This document shows, piece by piece, positions 28,683 to 37,572 of a stretch of DNA of 64,000 nucleotides. The DNA is from a virus. The DNA is taken from IMG/VR virus record IMGVR_UViG_3300025426_000014, one strand, 5' to 3'. A model generated the notes under the pieces. It was not told the DNA's origin, did not search any database, and saw only the letters and a program-made list of their open reading frames with translations. Numbering within the stretch: position 1 is the stretch's first letter; each line of letters starts with the position of its first letter. Made by a program: the position numbers and the translations under genes.

Positions 28683-29614
28683 AAGTTTGTAAAGTTCCTG
28701 TTATTGTTAGTTATTACAATCGGATATGCGGCCATTAACTGTTTGATTCCGTAATCCAAATCATATTGAGGTTTCCATCCCAGTGCTTCAATCTTGTCAT
28801 TAGACACAATATAGTTACGTTTATCAAAGTCTTCCTTAAAGTCGTCTTGTTTGATAACCAGTTTGGGAATGTACTCTTTGATCTTTTCGGCTAACTCTAG
28901 TTTACTTAGATTGGCAGTACTTAGCCCTACATTGTATGCTTGACCGCTAGACTTTTCATAGTTTTCAATCATAAACTCAAAAGCCCGAGCAATGTCTTGT
29001 ACATGAATATAGTTACGTTTAAAATGTGCTTCAAATAACACAAGATACCCGTCTACCATACTTTTGTAAACAAAATCGTTTACCAACAAGTCTTGGCGCA
29101 TACGGGGACTTACACCAAACACTGTTGCCAAGCGCATGGCAATACCACCTGCGGCAATCGCAGCATCCTCGGCCTTACACTTTGTTTCAGCATACAGACT
29201 CAAAGGTTTAAATGGGCTTTCTTCTGTGATGATTTGATCCGATGATCCATATTGACTATTTGTATTGGGCATAATCAACATTTGATCTTTATGTAGGTAT
29301 TTGGCAATCGCTTCTACATGTAAAAAGTTAACATCAATGGCTAGTTGTGGATTAGCCTTACAGGCAGGCATACCTACAATAGCAGCCAAGGGGATAATGA
29401 CTTGATGCTGTTGAGTTTGATCTAATAATAGTTCGGTATCACGTACATCGCCTTGTACAAACTTAAAATGTTCGTGCTTAAACAAATGAAATAAAGATGC
29501 TTGTTTATATAACAGATTATCAAATACTGTTACTGCATAGCCTTTATTCAATAGATGTTCTGCTAAGGTGGATCCTAGATATCCAGCCCCGCCTGTGATC
29601 AAAACAGTTTTCAC
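28679..29614 (-). CDS. NAD-dependent nucleotide-sugar epimerase/dehydratase (extended SDR)
   Basis: ITGGAGYLGS, LAAIVG, YAETK, RLATVFG.SPRMR.DL.VN. Confidence 0.9.
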   Translation of the reverse strand: MKTVLITGGAGYLGSTLAEHLLNKGYAVTVFDNLLYKQASLFHLFKHEHFKFVQGDVRDTELLLDQTQQHQVIIPLAAIVGMPACKANPQLAIDVNFLHVEAIAKYLHKDQMLIMPNTNSQYGSSDQIITEESPFKPLSLYAETKCKAEDAAIAAGGIAMRLATVFGVSPRMRQDLLVNDFVYKSMVDGYLVLFEAHFKRNYIHVQDIARAFEFMIENYEKSSGQAYNVGLSTANLSKLELAEKIKEYIPKLVIKQDDFKEDFDKRNYIVSNDKIEALGWKPQYDLDYGIKQLMAAYPIVITNNNRNFTNL

Positions 29615-30579
29615 TGGAACTCATCCTTGTTGGCAAGATACCAATCGTGGGCTTTCTTAAGTCCAACTTCCAACGGAGTTGTAGCTTCCCAACCTAACTG
29701 TGCTTTGATCTTGTTAGAGTCAATGCGGCGTGTGGGAATCATACTGGGCTTGCCAGTAACATATTCAATAGGGTTAGTATTGTTAACAAGATTTTTCATA
29801 ATAGACAGAACATCATTAACAGAGTAAACATTGTTACAGCCTACATTGTAAACATCATAAGTCTCTTGTTTTTCCATTACTAACTGTACTGCTTCAACAA
29901 AGTCATCAATATATAACAAGTCACGTAGTTCTGTACCATCGCCCCATACTGGGATAGGATTCATATTGTCTGCAACCTTACGAATAGTTGCTGGTGTAAC
30001 GTGGCACTTGGCAAAGTCATACTTGTCGTGAGGGCCGTACAAGTTAGCAGGACGAATAACCACTGTGGTCATTGGTGTGGGCAAATACTTGGCGTAAAGT
30101 TCGCATTGAACTTCTGCATAACGTTTCATCCAACCCACTGGGAAGTAAACAGGATATGGAGCATCAAACAAGAAGTCTGTTTCAACCACCGGTTCGTCGC
30201 CTTTTGGTGGATATACTGTGTTGCTACTGATAAAAATATACTTAGTAACCTTGTTACGATAAGCACTATCGATTAGGAAGTTATTCATAGCCACATTAGG
30301 TGTAACGTGTGCAAGTGGGGATTGAACTGTGTCCACAGCATTACTGGTACTTGCGGCAGCATGAATAACCACATCACAGTCTTTGGTAACATCTAGGCAA
30401 GTGTGGTAATCTGTTAGGTCACCATTTACATATTCAACACCATTGTGCATATCACGCGGCATACGAGTATGTAAATGTACACGAATATCGGTATAGCCAT
30501 CAGCTACCAGTTTGTTGGTTAGATTTTGTCCGACTAGGCCAGATCCACCTGTGATTAAAATTTTAGAAGTCTTTTCCAT
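29611..30579 (-). CDS. GDP-L-fucose synthase-like epimerase/reductase
   Basis: ITGGSGLVG, SSNTVYP, RPANLYGPHD, HVTPA.IRK, VWGDG...RD.LY; YxxxK replaced by VGWMK. Confidence 0.82.
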   Translation of the reverse strand: MEKTSKILITGGSGLVGQNLTNKLVADGYTDIRVHLHTRMPRDMHNGVEYVNGDLTDYHTCLDVTKDCDVVIHAAASTSNAVDTVQSPLAHVTPNVAMNNFLIDSAYRNKVTKYIFISSNTVYPPKGDEPVVETDFLFDAPYPVYFPVGWMKRYAEVQCELYAKYLPTPMTTVVIRPANLYGPHDKYDFAKCHVTPATIRKVADNMNPIPVWGDGTELRDLLYIDDFVEAVQLVMEKQETYDVYNVGCNNVYSVNDVLSIMKNLVNNTNPIEYVTGKPSMIPTRRIDSNKIKAQLGWEATTPLEVGLKKAHDWYLANKDEFQ

Positions 30580-30590
30580 ATAGTCCTTTT

Positions 30591-31286
30591 TTAGTTTGAT
30601 TTGATTAGCATTACTTTTAAACCTGGATCAGTAGGGAACATATCCACTATTTTGACCAGTTTAAAGTTTTCTTGTGTTAGTATATCTTCTAATATACCTT
30701 TTTGATTTAGCTGTGCAGTTATAAAAATATCTGCATCATCTGTTAGATGAGGGCGTATGTTGGCAAAAAACTCTTTATGAGCAACAAAATCAGTGTCAAT
30801 CATTAATCTTTTGCCTAGATCATACATTTCCTTAGGCATATTGGGATCTACTACATATCCGCCGTCGTTAATCGCATTAGGGGGATTACCGACTACTAGG
30901 TCCCATATTTCAGTGTCCGGAATACCCGAAATGGTAGGTGTTACATATCCTGTAAACACTTGATCGTAGTTTAGTTTTTTTGCATTTTGAAATCCAGTAT
31001 ACACAGCAAGATCATATATATCAGAAAATGTGAGTTCGTTACTGATGTCTTGTGTTAATATTTCCCAGCCTATTCTGCCATGTCCGCAACACCATTCAAA
31101 ACATCTATTATATTTTTTCTTGGCGCCGTATTTGTCGATAGCTTCTAAAAAGTAAGGAAGGTGGAAATCACCGCCACCTTTAAGATACCATTTATGGTCT
31201 ATAAACTTGCCGTTGGTTAAACAGGTACGATTATGCTCGTTTAGATTTAATCCATCCAGTACAGGATTGGTAGGTACAAGGTTCAT
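30591..31286 (-). CDS. Class I SAM-dependent methyltransferase (HemK/N6-like NPP motif)
   Basis: FEWCCGHGRIG, SDI, DLVVGNPP. Confidence 0.78.
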   Translation of the reverse strand: MNLVPTNPVLDGLNLNEHNRTCLTNGKFIDHKWYLKGGGDFHLPYFLEAIDKYGAKKKYNRCFEWCCGHGRIGWEILTQDISNELTFSDIYDLAVYTGFQNAKKLNYDQVFTGYVTPTISGIPDTEIWDLVVGNPPNAINDGGYVVDPNMPKEMYDLGKRLMIDTDFVAHKEFFANIRPHLTDDADIFITAQLNQKGILEDILTQENFKLVKIVDMFPTDPGLKVMLIKSN

Positions 31287-31322
31287 ATTATATAGTTTAA
31301 TGTGTTAGAACAAGAATGTCAA

Positions 31323-31976
31323 TCAATCTTTTACAGTGATAAATGACAAATAAGAAACTCTTTTAAATCCATTTTTAACAGTTACTACCGAATGGCTTGG
31401 ATTGTTTTTTGTAAAATCTAACAATACAAAATTACCTAAAACTGGTTGCACTAATATGTCATTATCCTGATCGTGGAGTACTAGGTGTCCTCCAAACGAA
31501 TCATTATATTCTGAGACATCGTTTAAGTATATCAGTATTGCACAAATTCTTCCGGGATTATTTCCATCTTCGTGTTTCATTATACCATCGCCGTTTGTAT
31601 AGTATGTAATACTATCGTCAAACTTCATATTTTTTAAAGTTGTTACATGATTGGGATAGATATTTTTTAAATATTCGTAGATTTTAGAACGTATATGGTT
31701 ATGATTTTCATAACTATTTGTATAATACCAACTTTGAAAAACAGATTTTCCCTGAGACTTTGCTTGTTTTTTTTGTTCTTCAACTTTATCTAATGGAAAA
31801 CTCCAAGAGCTGCCTGCTTGCGGGATAACTTGAAATGTACATAACCATTGATCAGGATCTTTAATAAAAGAATCCAAAGAGCTAGATCTTATCTCTTTTA
31901 AGATATTAACATCTAGACCTATCTCATCAATATTACCTATATGGTAACCCAATGTGGTCAAACTTTTAGTTGCCAT
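31323..31976 (-). CDS. 2OG-Fe(II) oxygenase
   Basis: H-x-D (KHEDG), LIYLN, GG.L, HSV..V...KRVS. Confidence 0.85.
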   Translation of the reverse strand: MATKSLTTLGYHIGNIDEIGLDVNILKEIRSSSLDSFIKDPDQWLCTFQVIPQAGSSWSFPLDKVEEQKKQAKSQGKSVFQSWYYTNSYENHNHIRSKIYEYLKNIYPNHVTTLKNMKFDDSITYYTNGDGIMKHEDGNNPGRICAILIYLNDVSEYNDSFGGHLVLHDQDNDILVQPVLGNFVLLDFTKNNPSHSVVTVKNGFKRVSYLSFITVKD

Positions 31977-32654
31977 TTATTTTTCTATGTCCATTAAATT
32001 TTTATTTGAAACAAAATCTACGTAAGCATATCTATTAAATGAATTTTTTACTTCTTCCACTGAATGATGAATATTATGATGTTTAAAATCTAACATAACA
32101 AAAGTACCGCGAACTGGTGAAATTTCCTCATGTAGTTCACCGTCATCTATAATAAGTCGGCCACCGTCTTCTGCATTATAAGTGTCATTCAAATATATAA
32201 GAAAGACGCACAATCTGCCCGGATTGTTTCCGTCCCTATGCCTTTTAGAAAAATCCCCAGGTTCGTATAAAGTCAACATATCATTATGAAACATTTCAGC
32301 TGTTTCTAACTCTGGGTATATAGAAAGAATATATTCTGATATATATTTTCTAAAAGTTATACACACAGCATAGACTTCACTACCGCCAAACTGCCACCAT
32401 TTTTGATCCAATGCTAGATTCTTTTCTATTGTTTCCTGTCGTCTAGAATCGACTTCATTAAATTTAAGACGAGGTTCGTAGGTGTTTCCTATTTGACCAC
32501 TTATGCAATGCCAATAAATTCCATTTTTTTCTTTATCAATAGATAAACTTATTGTTTTATCAATCAAAGAATCTACTATCTGATTATCGGGAATTATTTC
32601 ATTCAAATTTCCTACATAATACCCTGTCTTTAAGTATTGTTCAACATCGATCAT
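31977..32654 (-). CDS. 2OG-Fe(II) oxygenase (paralog)
   Basis: RHRDGNNPGR, LIYLN, DGGRL, HHSVEEV...NR. Confidence 0.85.
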   Translation of the reverse strand: MIDVEQYLKTGYYVGNLNEIIPDNQIVDSLIDKTISLSIDKEKNGIYWHCISGQIGNTYEPRLKFNEVDSRRQETIEKNLALDQKWWQFGGSEVYAVCITFRKYISEYILSIYPELETAEMFHNDMLTLYEPGDFSKRHRDGNNPGRLCVFLIYLNDTYNAEDGGRLIIDDGELHEEISPVRGTFVMLDFKHHNIHHSVEEVKNSFNRYAYVDFVSNKNLMDIEK

Positions 32655-33637
32655 ATTTTATAGTTTTTTGCGTAATTTTTAATAGTACTACGTAGTCCAT
32701 CTTTTAACGAAGTTTTTGGTAGTATATTATATTTACGCTGTTTTTCAGCACCTAGACAACGAAGGAGATCGCCATTGGGCTTGGTTTCATCCCAAATAAT
32801 GTTCTTGGTTTTGCCAGTTAGTTCCTTATATACATCAACGATAGTTTCAATAGTATCCTTAATAGTAACTGCTTCTCCGCAACCAAAGTTAATAACGTCA
32901 TTGACTTCATTAACTACACAATCAATAGTAGCCTGTGCAACGTCATCTCCGAACACAAAGTCTCTACGTGCAGATCCGTTACCCCAACATATCATTTCGC
33001 TGCCTTCTACATTGAACAGTTTCCATACATTGGATCCAATAACTGTGGCATCTTGTGAGAACTTGTCATTTACACCGTAGATATTACTAGGTCGAATGAT
33101 TGTCCATTTGGTCCAGCCATGCTGTACTTTTAATGCATCAATAGCCAGCTCGCCCATGCGTTTAGTCCAGCCGGGGTGCCAATCATTCTTACTGGGCATA
33201 GTACTCCACACAGTATCTTCTTCCATTACATCAGCAGGAGCATATACTCCCACAGATGACAGATATACAAACCAATCTACCTTGGCATCAAACGCTGCCT
33301 TAATCACATTGGTATTAAACATCATCATGGGAAACACATAATCAGCAGGGCTTTTAGCAGTTCGGCTAGGACTGCCTTTGATTCCAGCAATGTGTAACAC
33401 CACATCTACATGACGTTTTTTAAAGAAAGACTCAACTTGATCCATATAGGTTAAATCAATCTTTACGCCGATACAACGGCCGGCAAACTCTGCTTCTAGG
33501 CTATGTATCTCTGGTGTAATGTTAATGTCCATGGCATAGACAATGTCAGCACCCTGTTCTAGGCACTTGCGTATTGTAGGAAGGCCAACAAGTCCTGCGG
33601 CTCCGGTTACTACTACTCGTTTGTTTGTTAGTTTCAT
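32651..33637 (-). CDS. GDP-L-fucose synthase-like epimerase/reductase
   Basis: VTGAAGLVG, SSVGVY, PGWTK (no catalytic Tyr), RPSNIYG.ND, WGNGSA.RDF, WDETKPNG. Confidence 0.82.
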   Translation of the reverse strand: MKLTNKRVVVTGAAGLVGLPTIRKCLEQGADIVYAMDINITPEIHSLEAEFAGRCIGVKIDLTYMDQVESFFKKRHVDVVLHIAGIKGSPSRTAKSPADYVFPMMMFNTNVIKAAFDAKVDWFVYLSSVGVYAPADVMEEDTVWSTMPSKNDWHPGWTKRMGELAIDALKVQHGWTKWTIIRPSNIYGVNDKFSQDATVIGSNVWKLFNVEGSEMICWGNGSARRDFVFGDDVAQATIDCVVNEVNDVINFGCGEAVTIKDTIETIVDVYKELTGKTKNIIWDETKPNGDLLRCLGAEKQRKYNILPKTSLKDGLRSTIKNYAKNYKI

Positions 33638-33641
33638 ATGA

Positions 33642-35060
33642 TTATAATGTTGAAAAGAAATCTTCTAAAGGGTTATAGTTCTTTAGACTTAAAAAATGTT
33701 GTTGGTTATAGATTAATATATCAGTTAATGAGTAATACCAGTTATGGAGTTCTTCCATACTCATTGCCTTAAATCTATTAATTTCTGCCACAATCATTTT
33801 GAGGCGGGTTTTAGGATCTGCTTCTAGGGCATAACTTTCGTCAATGTAGGGATGAAATGTTTTAAATCCCAATCGTCGAATTTCATCTAGGCCATTGTGA
33901 TTGCCTAGATAGATAAATGGTTGTAGATTAAGGATAGGCCTAAATGTTTTTTCAGATAAAAATGGACTCCATTTAACACCATTATCAAACTGTGTTTCAG
34001 ATGTAATGTGTAAGTAGGTGTCTAGGTAGTATTCCTTTTTATTGTTCTCATTGGTTTGGAATCCTTCTTTGCCCTGCGGAGTTAACTCTTGTGTATCTAT
34101 TTCATAGGGCAACATATCGATGATAGTTTTTACTCCCTGAGCTATTTCTTCCTTTGTACCATCGATTAACTTTGCCATTTCTGATTCAGGTTCCCGATGC
34201 ACTGTAGTTAAGAAACTAAACAAACTATCATCCAACCAGTTATTACGAATAGCTTCATGCATTAGTGCAAGTCTATGAGCTCTATTCATGCTTCGATTCC
34301 AAGATAAGAATCGTTTGGGACGAACGACTGAAGAGTCTAAATCAGAAACTTTTACATAATCGCTTTCATAACTAAGTGATGATCTTGGAATAGGATAGCG
34401 ATGTGCTATGGCAACTTGTTGTTCCATCGATGCATGTGAAGTACCTAGTTTTGCTTTACCAAAGTTTCTAGAGTGATAATCGTTTCGAATATTACCTTGT
34501 AGTAACAAAACATTCTCACCGGGTACACCCAATCGTCCTAAAGCAATTTCCATAAAGTTTGTGGTATATTCACAAACAGCAGGTTCAGTTAAACAAGAAA
34601 TTAAAACTTTGATTTTACCTTTGGCAAAAACTTCCCGAGTTTTAGGAGATAATGTATCTGGAAAATGATAGTTATGAGTTTCGCCATCTAATGTAAACTT
34701 AAAATCGCCATAAATCGCATCTGTACTCCAGTGATGAAGTTCAATAGGATAAAGATAAATGCAATCATCGTTTTCATCAACATCATCTATAGACACTATG
34801 TTTTCAATACCGTAGTGTTTATGAAAGTAATAAAAAACATTCGAGTGTACAAATATATCTCCATCCTGAGGACCTATATGATAGTTATTAAATCTAAAAT
34901 ACATATTACCATCCAGATTAACTTCAACAGTATTAGTTGTTAACCAGTTTTTTATATATTCTAAAATAACAGGATGAGTACCATTAGCCAATGGCATTTG
35001 TTTGTTATCTGTTGTAGTGAACCAGTTAGAGTAAACTAACTTATATTTGCTTTGACTCAT
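33642..35060 (-). CDS. Putative glycosyltransferase (GT10/GT-B-like C-terminal motif)
   Basis: FLSWNR...HR, YLHITSET, FLSEKTFRPILNLQPFIYLG, LGFKTFHPYIDESY. Confidence 0.55.
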   Translation of the reverse strand: MSQSKYKLVYSNWFTTTDNKQMPLANGTHPVILEYIKNWLTTNTVEVNLDGNMYFRFNNYHIGPQDGDIFVHSNVFYYFHKHYGIENIVSIDDVDENDDCIYLYPIELHHWSTDAIYGDFKFTLDGETHNYHFPDTLSPKTREVFAKGKIKVLISCLTEPAVCEYTTNFMEIALGRLGVPGENVLLLQGNIRNDYHSRNFGKAKLGTSHASMEQQVAIAHRYPIPRSSLSYESDYVKVSDLDSSVVRPKRFLSWNRSMNRAHRLALMHEAIRNNWLDDSLFSFLTTVHREPESEMAKLIDGTKEEIAQGVKTIIDMLPYEIDTQELTPQGKEGFQTNENNKKEYYLDTYLHITSETQFDNGVKWSPFLSEKTFRPILNLQPFIYLGNHNGLDEIRRLGFKTFHPYIDESYALEADPKTRLKMIVAEINRFKAMSMEELHNWYYSLTDILIYNQQHFLSLKNYNPLEDFFSTL

Positions 35061-36438
35061 AGTTTAATAGTTCTTGAAAGGGGTTATAGTTTTTAAAAGT
35101 ATGTAGATGGTTCTGATTGTGTACAAGTACATCAGTAATAGAATGGTACCAATCATTTAACTGACCAATAGGTAGTTGAGCAATCTTTAATATTTCTTGT
35201 TTGATTAATGCAAATCTCTTTTTATGATCTTTTTCTAGATCGTAACTTTCGTCGATGAATGGATGAAAAGTTTTAAATCCCAGTTGATGTAGTTTATTTA
35301 ATGCGGCATAGTTACCCATGTAAATAAATGGCTGTAGGTTCAATATAGGTCTCCATGTCTTTTCAGAGAAGAATGGAGTTTCATCTTTATCAAAATCTGT
35401 TTCAGTTGTGATGTGTACATAACTGTATCGATAAAACTCTTTTTTATTACTGTATACAGGAAAGAATGTAAATCGCTGTTCGTCAGGCAAATGATCAGTA
35501 TCTAAATGATAAGGTACGATACTAGCAATATCTTCTACCATTTCATCTGTGCCTTCCATGACCCTGTTTAACATATCAACGGTATCATGTTTAACATCAA
35601 ATAGGAAACTAAAAAACCCTTCCCGTAACAACTTATGTTCTATAGCCAGTTGACATAGGCCTATGCGGTGGGGGCGGCCCATTCTATTAAAACTTAAAAA
35701 TCTTTTAGATCTAATAGAGTATCGACTAATATCACCGGGTTTAACATAATCACTAACATAGTTTAGTCCTGTATCAAACGGATACTTATCCATAAGATTT
35801 GCTGTTTGATATAAGGCAATATCGCTACCTAATAGGGTCATGCTAGTTTTAATATCGTATCTTACATTACCCTGTAAGCATACAATGTTACTACCTTTTA
35901 TTCCTAGGTTCAATAGCAGTTTCTCCACATCTTCTAAAATAGATGGTTCGATAGAAGGATCAATCATGTTAACCAATAATAGTTTAACACGACCTGTTTG
36001 GAGTAGTTCTAATATTTTAGGAGTTAATGAGTTCCCGATAGAATGACGGTATTCGGTACCATCGACCATTATATCTGTTTCATTTAAAACAAACTGTACA
36101 GTATTACATTCTAACTCAATGGGATAATAGTAACTGCCATCTGTAACTTGATCTTCACTTACTATATTATCTAACCCAAATGACTCTTTAAAATGATAAA
36201 AGAAGTTAGAGTTTCTAAAATAATATCCAGATTTAGGATTGTTATAGTAATAACAGTCATCGATTTCTTTTATTCTTAGAAAATCGTCACTGTGCTGTAA
36301 ATGATCGTTGATTATTTTATCCTGCATCCAGTTAACTAGTGCAGGATGTAATCCGTTAGCTAATGGGTATCTTATATTATCTATAGTATACCAGTTAGAA
36401 TAAACTAACTTAAAAGGCGATCCACTTGCCTGAACCAT
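35041..36438 (-). CDS. Putative glycosyltransferase (paralog of 33642)
   Basis: KLVYSNW N-terminus shared with 33642; FFSEKTWRPILNLQPFIYMG. Confidence 0.55.
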   Translation of the reverse strand: MVQASGSPFKLVYSNWYTIDNIRYPLANGLHPALVNWMQDKIINDHLQHSDDFLRIKEIDDCYYYNNPKSGYYFRNSNFFYHFKESFGLDNIVSEDQVTDGSYYYPIELECNTVQFVLNETDIMVDGTEYRHSIGNSLTPKILELLQTGRVKLLLVNMIDPSIEPSILEDVEKLLLNLGIKGSNIVCLQGNVRYDIKTSMTLLGSDIALYQTANLMDKYPFDTGLNYVSDYVKPGDISRYSIRSKRFLSFNRMGRPHRIGLCQLAIEHKLLREGFFSFLFDVKHDTVDMLNRVMEGTDEMVEDIASIVPYHLDTDHLPDEQRFTFFPVYSNKKEFYRYSYVHITTETDFDKDETPFFSEKTWRPILNLQPFIYMGNYAALNKLHQLGFKTFHPFIDESYDLEKDHKKRFALIKQEILKIAQLPIGQLNDWYHSITDVLVHNQNHLHTFKNYNPFQELLNYESKQI

Positions 36439-37036
36439 AGTGCGGGTATTTTGATTTATATTTGTAGTAGACTACATCTTCCGGAATATCGCGTTGCTTT
36501 TTCCAAGTTGCCTTAGTAGGTGTATAGGTTGATACTCCGTTGTCTTCTACAACAAAATACAATGGTAAATCAAAGTTTCTAGCATACTTGTGTGCTTCGT
36601 AAAAAGCACCAGTTTCAAAACTCATATCGCCGATAAAACACCATACCTTTTCGTCGCTGCCAGAGTCCTTGATACTTTTTGCCACACCCAGAGCAATAGC
36701 AATAGTAGAAGATACAATGGCGCTAGAATAAAAGTGTTCATCGATATTGCAGATAGTAATGCTCTTACCAGCAAGGATTTCATCTTCTAGCCATACAGGG
36801 TCAATGCCTTTAAGCAATGCATGATAATGACTGCGCCAAGTAGAAAACACCCAGTCAGTGGCCTTAATGCGCTTAAAGATATCGATCAAGGGTTTTTCGT
36901 TGCCGTCCGACAAATGCACCGGGCCACGAATCTTGGCATCTTCCCAATGCTCCACAATGCGTTGCTCGAACGCCTGTAGTTGTTCTACTGTATATCCGTG
37001 TTTACGGACAACGGGATATTGTTTTAAGTTTTTCAT
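36410..37036 (-). CDS. ThDP enzyme, E1-alpha-like diphosphate-binding subunit (compact)
   Basis: GPVHLS.G.E, STWRSHYHAL, GDMS..TG.FYE...VVEDN (GDG-x24-N ThDP motif variant); start corrected to ATG 37036 (ATGA overlap with rmlC stop). Confidence 0.88.
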   Translation of the reverse strand: MKNLKQYPVVRKHGYTVEQLQAFEQRIVEHWEDAKIRGPVHLSDGNEKPLIDIFKRIKATDWVFSTWRSHYHALLKGIDPVWLEDEILAGKSITICNIDEHFYSSAIVSSTIAIALGVAKSIKDSGSDEKVWCFIGDMSFETGAFYEAHKYARNFDLPLYFVVEDNGVSTYTPTKATWKKQRDIPEDVVYYKYKSKYPHYGSGKWIAF

Positions 37037-37572
37037 CTGTCTCTTTTTTGTAATATAGGAGTTGTGGTTGGCCAATCAATGTCAAAGGACTTCCAGTTAA
37101 TAACACCTTGTTTGTTTTCATCAACATAGTCACCTTGATAAAACAAGTTGTAATGGAAGACACAGTCAGTTAACGCATAGTGTCCATTGGCAAACCCCGG
37201 AGGGACTAATACTTGATCGCGTGTTCGTTCACTGATAATATATGATTCCCATTTGCCATAGTTAGCCGAATCGGGTCTAGCATCGAGTACAACTAGATAG
37301 ATATCTCCTACTAATGCCTGTACAAGTTTCCAAGTTTTATCATCATAATGTAATCCACGAAGCACACCCTGATATGACTTTGAAAATCTAACATGTGTAT
37401 TGACATCGTTGGGCATTAATGCATTAACAGGATGTGCCGTGTTATGATATGTTGTAAAGATTTCGCCACGGTATTCTCTGTATACACTGGGAGTATACAC
37501 AGGCACTTCATTACCAAATGTTTTTAGATAGGATGTGCTGAACTCATCCCATTTTTTATCTTTATAACTCAT
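37033..37572 (-). CDS. rmlC: dTDP-4-dehydrorhamnose 3,5-epimerase-like (RmlC cupin)
   Basis: RG.F, S..GVLRGLHY, KLV....G.I..V..D.R..S..YGKW, VPPGFANG. Confidence 0.88.
   Translation of the reverse strand: MSYKDKKWDEFSTSYLKTFGNEVPVYTPSVYREYRGEIFTTYHNTAHPVNALMPNDVNTHVRFSKSYQGVLRGLHYDDKTWKLVQALVGDIYLVVLDARPDSANYGKWESYIISERTRDQVLVPPGFANGHYALTDCVFHYNLFYQGDYVDENKQGVINWKSFDIDWPTTTPILQKRDR

Noticed and set aside
24290-37036. Pyruvate dehydrogenase auxiliary metabolic genes
   Set aside because: Both subunits are truncated, no E2/E3 is present in the window, and they are embedded among sugar-nucleotide enzymes.
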